60,771 bases of DNA from Patescibacteria group bacterium UBA3531 (GTDB lineage: Bacteria > Patescibacteriota > Minisyncoccia > Phycocordibacterales > UBA3531), in assembly GCA_002376885.1 (NCBI GenBank), contig DFOW01000005.1, positions 1-60,771 of the forward strand, given 5' to 3'. Under the pieces are notes generated by a model that was not told where the DNA came from, made no database searches, and was given only the letters and a program-made list of their open reading frames with translations. The position numbers were made by a program, and so were the translations under genes. Numbering within the stretch: the stretch's first letter is position 1; every line of letters starts with the position of its first letter. Of the stretch, positions 33,177 to 41,901 are shown piece after piece.

Positions 33177-33207
33177 GCCCCGGCGCATGCGCCGGGGCTT
33201 CCTTTTT
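33177..33207 (+). terminator. GC-rich terminator
   Basis: GCCCCGGCGC-AT-GCGCCGGGGC then TTCCTTTTT. Confidence 0.75.
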
Positions 33208-33269
33208 ACCAAAATTTTTTTCTCCCAAAAATAATACTTGGGATCTGGAAACTTTTTAAAATTTGTCCC

Positions 33270-33392
33270 GAGACAGGGCTTGAAGTACTGCCGCAGGCGA
33301 AACATGCTTGGTTCTGCGTGAACAGAATGTGAGCCGAGGATAAGGAAACCCTATCGCTGGAATAGGGTTTCCGGTGCTTCAAGCCCCGTCTC
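33270..33392 (+). ncRNA. structured RNA motif, copy 2 (same architecture as 26671-26796)
   Basis: P1 is 33270-33285 with 33377-33392 (one A-C mismatch). CTGCCGCAG 33288-33296; TGCTTGG 33305-33311. Hairpin TTCTG-N6-CAGAA 33312-33327. CCGAGGATAAG 33334-33344. Hairpin GAAACCCTA-N9-TAGGGTTTC 33345-33371. Confidence 0.55.
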
Positions 33393-33417
33393 AAAACCCC
33401 GTGCTACAATACACCCC

Positions 33418-35355
33418 ATGAATTACCTCGAAGGGTTAAACAAAGGACAAAAAGAGGCCGTACTCCACAAAGACGGTCCGCTTTTAATTTTTGCAGGGGC
33501 GGGTGCCGGCAAAACAAAAACCGTTACTCACAGAATCCTTCATCTTATTCAAGAAGGAGTTGCCCCAACAAGTATTTTGGCTGTTACGTTTACCAACAAG
33601 GCGGCGGGCGAGATGCGCGACCGTGTCATGTCACTTATTGAAAAAGATAATGTTTTAAGTTTCCCCAGCTCTAACCCCTGGGTAGTGCGTCAGCATTTAC
33701 CCGAGATCTCAACATTCCATTCTCTGGGAGTAAAAATTCTAAAAGAGCATGCAAAAGATATTGGTAAAACAAAAAACTTTACCATTCTAGATAAAGACGA
33801 CTCATTGCGAGCAATTAAACGTATCTTAAAACGACTTGACCTAGACCCTAAACAATATGAACCTCGAAAAATCTTAAATAGAATCTCTCGCACAAAAGGA
33901 GATGGAGTTGGATTTAAAGAGTTTGCAGAAGGTACTCATGATTTTTTTGGAAACATTGTGGTAACCGTATGGGAAAAGTATGAAAAAGAACTTAGGGAAA
34001 CAAATGCTCTTGATTTTGACGACCTTTTAGTAAAAACACTTCACTTACTTGAACAAAACAAAGAAATTTTAGAAAAGTATCAAGAACGATGGAGGTACAT
34101 TCATGTGGATGAGTACCAAGACACTAACCGTGTTCAATATGAATTCACTAAACTCTTAGCAAACAAATACAAAAATATTTGTGTGGTGGGGGACAATGAT
34201 CAATCTATTTACAGTTGGCGGGGAGCAGACTACTCAAACATTCTTAATTTTGAAAAGGATTACCCAAAGGCGAAAATTGTTCTTTTAGAAGAAAATTACC
34301 GCTCAACTAAAACCATTATTAGTGCCGCAAATGAGGTCATTAAAAAGAATCGTGAACGAATTGAAAAGAATTTATTTACCAGCCGTGACGATGGAGAAAG
34401 AATTTTGGTGTATGCAGCACCCGACGAGAAGAAAGAGGCGGAATTTATCGTGGGGAAGACCAAAGAATTAATTGATAAGGGGACCAATCCAAAAGATATT
34501 GCCGTTCTGTACCGAGCAAACTTTCAGTCACGAATTTTAGAAGAAAAGTTTTTGCATTCTGGTATCCCGTACCAAGTCCTTGGTGTGCGTTTTTTTGAAC
34601 GAAAAGAAATTAAAAACATGCTCGCATATTTGCGTGCCGCTATTAATCCCGACGACCTTCACAGTATTGAAAGAATCATTAATGTACCAGCACGTGGTAT
34701 TGGGAAGGTTACGCTTGCAAAAGTGTTTGGCGGACAAAGAGAGTCTCTCTCACCAAGAATGAAAGAAAAGGTAGACACTTTTTTTGAAATCTTAAAATCA
34801 ATTAACAATAAAAGTCATGTACTTGCACCATCGGAGCTTCTAAAATATGTTGCACGAGTTTCAGGAATTGAGGGCGCCCTTAAAAAAGGGAGTGAAGACG
34901 ATTTAGAACGACTCGAAAACATTAACGAGCTGGTAACCCTTGCAACCAAATACGACACACTCCCTGCTGAAGAAGGACTTGATCTCTTTTTAGAAGATGC
35001 GTCTCTTATGACAAGTGACCAAGATCAAATAGAAGACGCTAAAGGAGTAAAGTTAATGACCGTACACGCTGCAAAAGGTCTTGAGTTTGATTATGTTTTT
35101 GTAACAGGACTTGAAGAAGATCTTTTCCCTCATACAAAGTTGGGGAGTGAAGAAAAAGATGAAGAAGAAGAGCGCAGACTTTTTTATGTTGCTGTCACTC
35201 GCGCAAAAGAAAAACTCTTTTTAACGTATGGACATAAACGAATGCTCTATGGGCAAGAAACAATGAATCTTCCGTCGCAATTTATTTACGATATAGATGA
35301 AAGCCTGATCGAAAACCAAGAGGGTGCCTACGAGACCGTGATTAGTATAGAGTAG
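33418..35355 (+). CDS. pcrA: UvrD/PcrA-type superfamily 1 DNA helicase (compact)
   Basis: 645 aa; Walker A AGAGAGKTKT; DEYQDTN; VGDNDQSIYSWRGA; TVHAAKGLEFD. Confidence 0.9.
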   Translation: MNYLEGLNKGQKEAVLHKDGPLLIFAGAGAGKTKTVTHRILHLIQEGVAPTSILAVTFTNKAAGEMRDRVMSLIEKDNVLSFPSSNPWVVRQHLPEISTFHSLGVKILKEHAKDIGKTKNFTILDKDDSLRAIKRILKRLDLDPKQYEPRKILNRISRTKGDGVGFKEFAEGTHDFFGNIVVTVWEKYEKELRETNALDFDDLLVKTLHLLEQNKEILEKYQERWRYIHVDEYQDTNRVQYEFTKLLANKYKNICVVGDNDQSIYSWRGADYSNILNFEKDYPKAKIVLLEENYRSTKTIISAANEVIKKNRERIEKNLFTSRDDGERILVYAAPDEKKEAEFIVGKTKELIDKGTNPKDIAVLYRANFQSRILEEKFLHSGIPYQVLGVRFFERKEIKNMLAYLRAAINPDDLHSIERIINVPARGIGKVTLAKVFGGQRESLSPRMKEKVDTFFEILKSINNKSHVLAPSELLKYVARVSGIEGALKKGSEDDLERLENINELVTLATKYDTLPAEEGLDLFLEDASLMTSDQDQIEDAKGVKLMTVHAAKGLEFDYVFVTGLEEDLFPHTKLGSEEKDEEEERRLFYVAVTRAKEKLFLTYGHKRMLYGQETMNLPSQFIYDIDESLIENQEGAYETVISIE

Positions 35356-35400
35356 GGGTATGCATGTTTACCCGCCCAACTTTCTTAATGCCATAAGAAA

Positions 35401-36240
35401 ATGAGAAAAAAAGAGTCAGGGAAAAAATTACCACAAAATAAAAAATCCATTGATGGTCAGAAAGTTTTGCGGGCAAAACGATCACTGGGGCAAAACTTTT
35501 TAATATCTAAAGCTGTTGCGCAGTCTATTGCAAATGCGGGAGAACTTACCAATAACGATACCGTACTTGAAGTTGGGCCCGGAAAAGGAATTCTTACCAG
35601 AGAGCTCTTAGTGCAAGCAGGAACGGTTATTGCCTTTGAAAAAGACGATGAACTTTATGCAAAACTCAAAGAAATTTTTGAAAAAGAAATTGACTCAAAA
35701 AAACTTATTTTAATTCACGACGATATTTTTAACTTCGAAAATCATCGTGATAGTTTTGGTGAATCTTTGAAGACATTAAAAATTGTTGCCAATATTCCGT
35801 ACAACATTACCGGAAAATTGTTGCCGTTCTTTTTTGGTCTCGCTCCAATGCCATCAAAAATTGTTCTTTTGGTTCAAAAAGAAGTTGCCGATAGAATTGT
35901 TGCGCGCGATGGAAAAGAAAGTATTTTATCGATCAGTGTAAAAGCGGTTGGGACACCACGGTCTCTTAAAAAAGTCTCTAAAAAACTTTTTTCACCCTCT
36001 CCCAAAGTAGATTCTGCTGTTCTTTTAATCAGCGACATTTCTAAAAAAAATTTTGAAAAAGTAGACGAGCAAACCTTTTTTAAGCTTGTAAAACAAGGGT
36101 TTTCTGAAAAACGAAAGATGCTCAAAAACAACCTCGACACCGATAGAGACAAATTATTTGCCTGTGGTATAAAGGAGTCGGCACGAGCCGAAGAGCTTAC
36201 CGTAAACGACTGGCTCTGCCTTACAAAACATGAATTATAA
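35401..36240 (+). CDS. rsmA: 16S rRNA (adenine1518/1519-N6)-dimethyltransferase
   Basis: 279 aa; SLGQNFL, EVGPGKGILT, ANIPYNIT motifs. Confidence 0.9.
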   Translation: MRKKESGKKLPQNKKSIDGQKVLRAKRSLGQNFLISKAVAQSIANAGELTNNDTVLEVGPGKGILTRELLVQAGTVIAFEKDDELYAKLKEIFEKEIDSKKLILIHDDIFNFENHRDSFGESLKTLKIVANIPYNITGKLLPFFFGLAPMPSKIVLLVQKEVADRIVARDGKESILSISVKAVGTPRSLKKVSKKLFSPSPKVDSAVLLISDISKKNFEKVDEQTFFKLVKQGFSEKRKMLKNNLDTDRDKLFACGIKESARAEELTVNDWLCLTKHEL

Positions 36241-36679
36241 AATTGGATTACTTGCAATTCTTTTATTTATAGGATTTTTAATAATCCTTCCTTCGTATGA
36301 AGGAACCCAAACCGACAAACGAATCCCTCTTACCATTGGGGAGACAGAGCTGTTTGTTACCCTTGCTGATACTGACCAAAAAAGAACAGTGGGGCTGTCT
36401 GGGCGTCCATCACTCCCCGAAGATGAGGGCCTATTGTTTGTGTTCGACAGACCCGGAACCTATTCATTTTGGATGAAAGATATGAACTTTCCAATCGATA
36501 TTATTTGGATTGATGAAAATTCACAAATAACTGAGGTCACACACTCTGTTTTGCCAGAGAGTTTCCCTGAAACATTTTCATCGCAAAACCCTAGCAAGTT
36601 TGTACTTGAGGTAAACGCTGGTTTCTCAAAAGAAAACAATATTACACCAGGCGAATTTATAGAGATAGAACTTAATTAA
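36230..36679 (+). CDS. DUF192 domain protein
   Basis: 149 aa; TM/signal, then GLSGR..L..DEGLLFVF......FWMKDMNFPIDIIWID pattern. Confidence 0.75.
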   Translation: MNYKIGLLAILLFIGFLIILPSYEGTQTDKRIPLTIGETELFVTLADTDQKRTVGLSGRPSLPEDEGLLFVFDRPGTYSFWMKDMNFPIDIIWIDENSQITEVTHSVLPESFPETFSSQNPSKFVLEVNAGFSKENNITPGEFIEIELN

Positions 36680-37155
36680 ACTCCCGGAACAAGAGAGGTC
36701 CCCACACCAGACCCTGGCGGGAAGGTTACCTGCCAATTGGTATTAATATTTACACACCAAATCACAACAAAAACAGAACATACCCCACCTTGTGTTGCTG
36801 TTCCCAACACAGCATTGCCAGGGTTAAGTGCATAGTTTTGTTTAAGTGACGAAACGTGCGCATTGTATACGCCAGCAGGACCAGAGACAGGGATCGTTAC
36901 AAAAGCGATACTCTGACTACACAAACAGGGGAGTGATGCTATAACACGGCCGCCAAAGTTCTGCGGGAAGGTTTGTCCTGTTCCTGCTCCCCCTCCACCA
37001 AGAACACTCAACAAAATGTTGGCATATAAATTAAAAGCAAAACGAACCGCATCATCAAAATCAAAACCTGCCTGAACCGCTTGCGGAACAAAGAAAAGCG
37101 GTGGGCCAAACACAATGGCAAGCACGATAAAGATTGCAATTATTTTTACTTTCAT
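36676..37155 (-). CDS. secreted Gly/Cys-containing protein, function unknown
   Basis: 159 aa; signal peptide MKVKIIAIFIVLAIVFG; five Cys. Confidence 0.55.
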   Translation of the reverse strand: MKVKIIAIFIVLAIVFGPPLFFVPQAVQAGFDFDDAVRFAFNLYANILLSVLGGGGAGTGQTFPQNFGGRVIASLPCLCSQSIAFVTIPVSGPAGVYNAHVSSLKQNYALNPGNAVLGTATQGGVCSVFVVIWCVNINTNWQVTFPPGSGVGTSLVPGV

Positions 37156-37156
37156 A

Positions 37157-38275
37157 TTAATCAGTTACTAAGTTAAAAATAATAGGATTACTGATTCCAT
37201 TTTGGTTTGATACTGAAAAAATATTGGGGAAACCAATAACGCGGGAACCAGTTGGTGTATCAAATAATTCTCGAATATTTTCTGGAACAGTTACGGTTAC
37301 CGTAATTGTTGTCCCATCAGATGAAACGTCTTCGTAATTAAAGAAGGTAGAAAGCACTGTATTGTCTGTTTGAGAAAATCCACTTCCCGTAATGGTTATG
37401 GTTGTCCCAACAGGACCACTCTTAGGAGCAATTGCATCAATGCGCGGTGTTCCAGGAACACCGGGAGTTTCTATAATAGTGAAGTTAAAGGTGTTGCTTG
37501 TTCCATTTTCGTTTGAAACACGAATCGGGTAGGTTGTACTTTCTGCAATCTCAAGTGTTGTAGTGCACGATTCAGGAAGGGGAACTGTAAAAGCACATTC
37601 AGGAGAAAGCGTTGTGGGAACCAAAAATGAAATACTTGTTCCGTCCGTACTTACTACATCTGGAAAAAATCCATTTCCAAAATGAACATCGTTCAAGTCA
37701 GTAAATCCTCTCCCCAAAATCGTAAAAGTTTCTCCGCGAGTCCCAGAACTTTGTGAAAGTCCCGTAATAGCAAGGGTCGCTTGTGATTCTGTGCCTGTTG
37801 CACCCGGTTGTGCCAAAAGCTCATTTAATTTTGCCCGAGTACGAGGGCCAAAAAAACCGTTTCCAGTAACAAGCCCTGCCGGCGTCAAAATATCTCCTCT
37901 ATAGGTATTTTGAAAGCGAATCACAGAATCCCTTGTTTTAGAGCCATAAAATGTGCTTTCTTGCCCTGGGGATCCTGCTCCCTGTGCCGCGATTTGGCAA
38001 CAAACAAGGCTATTTAGAGCCCTTTGAAGGTTTCTTACCTCTTCGTTTCTGTCCCCAAAAGAAAGGTTTTGGGTGAAGGTATATTGAAAACTTGACGAGT
38101 TTGTACCCCCACGCAAGGCCGATTCAACGTTTGAAAGCGTAACTCCGTCAGCACCAAAACTTGTCAAGAGATTAAGAATTGAGTCTATTTGTGTTTCGGT
38201 CAATGCCTCTGTATACAAAAATCCCCCAAAAACAAGGACTAAGACCATACAAAAAGAGACAAAAACTCGTTTCAT
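37157..38275 (-). CDS. secreted protein with PG_binding_1-like domain and IPT/TIG-like repeats
   Basis: Start moved to MKRVFVSFCMVLVLVFG. GDRNEEVRNLQRALN...FYGSKTRDSVIRFQ resembles a peptidoglycan-binding domain. The repeats contain ITGLSQSSGTRGETFTILGRGF and IDAIAPKSGPVGTTITITGSGF. Confidence 0.65.
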   Translation of the reverse strand: MKRVFVSFCMVLVLVFGGFLYTEALTETQIDSILNLLTSFGADGVTLSNVESALRGGTNSSSFQYTFTQNLSFGDRNEEVRNLQRALNSLVCCQIAAQGAGSPGQESTFYGSKTRDSVIRFQNTYRGDILTPAGLVTGNGFFGPRTRAKLNELLAQPGATGTESQATLAITGLSQSSGTRGETFTILGRGFTDLNDVHFGNGFFPDVVSTDGTSISFLVPTTLSPECAFTVPLPESCTTTLEIAESTTYPIRVSNENGTSNTFNFTIIETPGVPGTPRIDAIAPKSGPVGTTITITGSGFSQTDNTVLSTFFNYEDVSSDGTTITVTVTVPENIRELFDTPTGSRVIGFPNIFSVSNQNGISNPIIFNLVTD

Positions 38276-38398
38276 TGTTTTATCGTAACACACACATCTT
38301 CTAAAAAAATCCAATACTAAAAGCCTTATCCACAAAGGGTAAAACCGCGCGTAGGAGAAGGTTACTAAAGGCGGTATAATTTCTAAAAGAACGATATT

Positions 38399-39133
38399 TT
38401 GAAAGGTTTTTTTGGGAAAACGGGAGTTGGTATTTTAGTTGTGATCCTCGTCATCATTGGTGGTTTGTGGTTTGTAGGAAATGAATCACAAAAAGCAAAA
38501 GGTCTTCTTTTTGTCCAAGAAATAGATCGAGAAAATGATAGTTCCTTCGAGGGTGGAGCCCTTGCAAATTTTGGTACTGACACCGAAACAAGCAAAATCG
38601 CCCGAGAACTCTATAACACCTACCTTGAAGACGAGACGGGAAAAGATGCTGAAGACATAACTGAAGTCGATCTTGAAAAACTTCTTGATTCTCCCGACAT
38701 CAAAGAGGCGCGGAAGGTACAAACGTTTACCACAAGCGATATACAGATTGTTCCGCTCACCAATAATTCCCAAGCACAATACGAAGCCGACCTTGCTGCC
38801 ATAAATCAGGCTCACTTTTTTGAAGATCTTGGAACCGAGTCGAATAGTTTGAAAAAGGTTGCAACACCGGGTGCAACAACAGAACAAAAAGAGGAAGGAC
38901 TCGCTGAACTCAAACGTTCTGAAGAAGCTTATCGGGGGATGCGCGACGGACTTCTTGTCACACCTGTTCCAACACCATTTGTTTCAAGACATTTAGAGCT
39001 TGTTAACACCTTCGAGAAGCTCACGGTAAGCACACAACTTATGCAAAATACTTCTGTCGATCCTGTTTACATAATTCCTGCGACACAACTTTTTACCGAA
39101 GCACTCCAAGTTCTTTTCGCACTGCAAACATAA
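38399..39133 (+). CDS. membrane-anchored protein, first gene of the T4SS-like cluster
   Basis: 244 aa; TTG start; TM GVGILVVILVIIGGLWFVG; TATAAT at 38375-38380. Confidence 0.55.
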   Translation: MKGFFGKTGVGILVVILVIIGGLWFVGNESQKAKGLLFVQEIDRENDSSFEGGALANFGTDTETSKIARELYNTYLEDETGKDAEDITEVDLEKLLDSPDIKEARKVQTFTTSDIQIVPLTNNSQAQYEADLAAINQAHFFEDLGTESNSLKKVATPGATTEQKEEGLAELKRSEEAYRGMRDGLLVTPVPTPFVSRHLELVNTFEKLTVSTQLMQNTSVDPVYIIPATQLFTEALQVLFALQT

Positions 39134-39140
39134 CAAAACG

Positions 39141-40007
39141 ATGACTCATATTTTAAAAACATTTTTTATTGGAACCACTATTTTTGTAATTACCATTGCT
39201 GCACTTTTCTCGTTTCATGTTTACAGAACACATGCGCAATTAAATGAGGCGCTATCATGTGGAACAGCAGCACTCTCATCTGTTATCTCTGGAGCATTTG
39301 TTATTCCCGACCCAACAAAAGTTCCCATTCAAGATAGAGCTATTGAAGCAAAAGAGTTTTTGCTCGACTGTTCAGTGCGAGAAGCAGCACAACTTGTGAG
39401 TGAAAACGTTGTTCAAGCAACTATCCAGTGGGTTAACACAGGCTTCGGAGGGCAACCATTTTATGTACAAGATCTTAGTCAGTTTTTTGCCGGAATTGAG
39501 GATGCTGCAACACAAGACTTTCTTTCAAATCAACTTCCTGGGAGTCTTAATCAGCCATTCCAAGGTGCAGTAAGTCAACGCATTGCACAAAGCCAGTCCA
39601 GACCGACCCTAAATCAAATCTATACATGCTCTGGAGAAAATATTGACCAGGTATTCCAAGGGGGGGCGAGTGATAGCTGGCTTTCATTTATCGACGCAAC
39701 AACAAATCCCGGCTGCAGTCCCGATGCTGCATACTACACTGGTGAGTCTATCCTTGCCCAACAACAGCAACAATCAAAAAAAGAGTACGAACAATTACTT
39801 ACACAAGGAGAAGGAACTCTTCCTGAACGAGACGCAGCAGGCAACATTGTCACACCAGGGGCCATCATTAATGATCTTCTAAAACAAAACCTTGGTGTCG
39901 GACTTGATCAGCTTACACAAACTGATGAAATTGCAGAACTTTTTGATGCACTTGTGAATAGAAGCTTTACTATTATGAGCGGGGGAGGGAGCTTATTTGA
40001 AAGTTAA
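39141..40007 (+). CDS. membrane-anchored protein, T4SS-like cluster
   Basis: 288 aa; N-terminal TM FFIGTTIFVITIAALFSF. Confidence 0.55.
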   Translation: MTHILKTFFIGTTIFVITIAALFSFHVYRTHAQLNEALSCGTAALSSVISGAFVIPDPTKVPIQDRAIEAKEFLLDCSVREAAQLVSENVVQATIQWVNTGFGGQPFYVQDLSQFFAGIEDAATQDFLSNQLPGSLNQPFQGAVSQRIAQSQSRPTLNQIYTCSGENIDQVFQGGASDSWLSFIDATTNPGCSPDAAYYTGESILAQQQQQSKKEYEQLLTQGEGTLPERDAAGNIVTPGAIINDLLKQNLGVGLDQLTQTDEIAELFDALVNRSFTIMSGGGSLFES

Positions 40008-41899
40008 TGAATAAAAAATTCCCACAATTCATTGCGATTCTTGTTCTGATATCCATCCTGCTTCTTCCGATTTCAGAAGTCCACGCGGATACAGATCAAG
40101 GAATTGTTTCTTGGCTCTTTGACAGGATCGTCCGAGGAACTCTTTCGGTTGCCACGGGTGCCCTTGATAGTGAAGGGAACCTTGTTGGTAAAACTCTCTC
40201 TGGCCTTACGTGGTATTTTGTTACAGTCCCCGCAACTATATTTGCCGGGTTTGCAGGAATCTTTTTTGATTGGATGGCGGCAATCTCGCTTGGTACACCG
40301 CTTGGTTCAGGACCAAACGCTGACTCCATTTACAACATCTCTTCAGACAGAACTGGCGCTGGCGGATTTGTTTATTTAGGATGGTCTATTCTTCGCGACA
40401 TTACCAACATTATCTTTATTTTTATTGTTCTTTATATTGGTATTAGCACTATTTTAGGAATACTGTCTGGTGACCTTAAAAAACTTCTTATTAGAATTGT
40501 GCTTGCCGCTATTTTTATAAACTTTAGCTTAGTCCTTACCGGTCTTGTTATCGACGCATCAAATGCTGCCGCTCTCGGTTTTTACAATGCTTTTCCTGAA
40601 AGTAATGATTTAGTTACTAAACTTGGTATCGCGCCACCGGGGAGCAAGTCCCTTACTGCACCAATTGCAAAAACACCAGGCTTTACTGATTTATTTAACA
40701 CAGAGACATTTGTAGCAGGCAATACAACCACTGTCTCGCCAGCAACATCAGGGGGGAGTGATGGAAAAGGGGCAATGTTTAATATTGTACGCGCTATTAT
40801 GGTTGGGATGGGGGGGCTCATCATGATCACTGCTGGATTTTTGTTCTTAACACGAACCATCATTCTTATTTTTGTTATGATTCTTTCGCCACTCGCAATC
40901 GCAGCATATGCTATTCCAAATTTTGGTGAAAAATACTTTAAAGAGTGGTTAAACCACTTACTTCATCATGCATTTTGGGCGCCAGCGTTTATGATTATGT
41001 ACTACGTTGCTGTGCGTCTTATTACGAGCACCTTCTTCTCAACTTATGGAGCTTCTCCTGGAGGAGGAATCATTCAACGTCTTGTTATATATAGTGTTAA
41101 TCTAGGACTTGCCCTTGGATTCCTGTGGGGATCAATTGTTATTTCAAGAAAACTAGCCGGGTACGGACGGGCAAGTATTATTAATAGCAAAATTCTCAAA
41201 ACAAGCGATAGGACTATCGGAAGAATTGGTCAAAATACCATTGGCCGTGCCGCAAGTACCATTTCTAATTCAGATGCAGCAAAACGATTTGCGGCACGAA
41301 ACCCTCGAATTGGTGCCATGATGCTTCGTCCAATTGATTACACGGCAAGTGCAACCTTTGGAGGAGCAAAGGGTGGGTATAATAAAGCACTTGAAAATAA
41401 AGTTGAAAGACAGGCAAAACTTTATGATAAGGTCGGTAAAGACAAGGAAGGAAATGATCTCAAGCTCTATAGCGGTGGCCTATTGTCAAGAGCTTACAGC
41501 AAAGCAATTGGCTTAGAGCCCGACAGGGATGCTCAAAATGAGTTTGTTAGAAGTCTTGGAAAGCAAAGATCCAAAAGAACAGCCCTCTCTGGCTTTAAGC
41601 GAGGTGAAGGTAAGAAGGTAAATGTTGTTGAGGAAAGATACACAAAAGAAGACGAGAAAAAGGGTCTTGGGAAAGCTGGGGAAATTAAGAAGGCATACAC
41701 AACAACCGTGGGGGGGAAACAAACACGAGCCGATAGGGAAACCCTTCTAAAAATTAAAAAGAAGAGTGGCAAAAGCAACCTAGACAAACTAAAAGACGAA
41801 ATAGAGAAGGACGCAAAAGAAAAGGCAACCAAAGAAGCAGGGGAATCTAAGCCAGAAACAGAAAAGTCTCCTGAATCTGGTGGAGGGGAATCATCATAA
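40007..41899 (+). CDS. polytopic membrane protein, VirB6/TrbL-like
   Basis: 630 aa; signal peptide, at least six TM segments, K/E-rich cytoplasmic tail; position upstream of PrgI-like and VirB4-like genes. Confidence 0.45.
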   Translation: MNKKFPQFIAILVLISILLLPISEVHADTDQGIVSWLFDRIVRGTLSVATGALDSEGNLVGKTLSGLTWYFVTVPATIFAGFAGIFFDWMAAISLGTPLGSGPNADSIYNISSDRTGAGGFVYLGWSILRDITNIIFIFIVLYIGISTILGILSGDLKKLLIRIVLAAIFINFSLVLTGLVIDASNAAALGFYNAFPESNDLVTKLGIAPPGSKSLTAPIAKTPGFTDLFNTETFVAGNTTTVSPATSGGSDGKGAMFNIVRAIMVGMGGLIMITAGFLFLTRTIILIFVMILSPLAIAAYAIPNFGEKYFKEWLNHLLHHAFWAPAFMIMYYVAVRLITSTFFSTYGASPGGGIIQRLVIYSVNLGLALGFLWGSIVISRKLAGYGRASIINSKILKTSDRTIGRIGQNTIGRAASTISNSDAAKRFAARNPRIGAMMLRPIDYTASATFGGAKGGYNKALENKVERQAKLYDKVGKDKEGNDLKLYSGGLLSRAYSKAIGLEPDRDAQNEFVRSLGKQRSKRTALSGFKRGEGKKVNVVEERYTKEDEKKGLGKAGEIKKAYTTTVGGKQTRADRETLLKIKKKSGKSNLDKLKDEIEKDAKEKATKEAGESKPETEKSPESGGGESS

Positions 41900-41901
41900 A
41901 C

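Noticed and set aside
26671-33392. Interpreting the long inverted repeats as integron attC sites
   Set aside because: There is no IntI-type integrase and no contiguous same-orientation promoterless cassette array. There are no GTTRRRY/RYYYAAC core sites at the repeat ends. The cassettes carry their own promoters and are dispersed among core genes.
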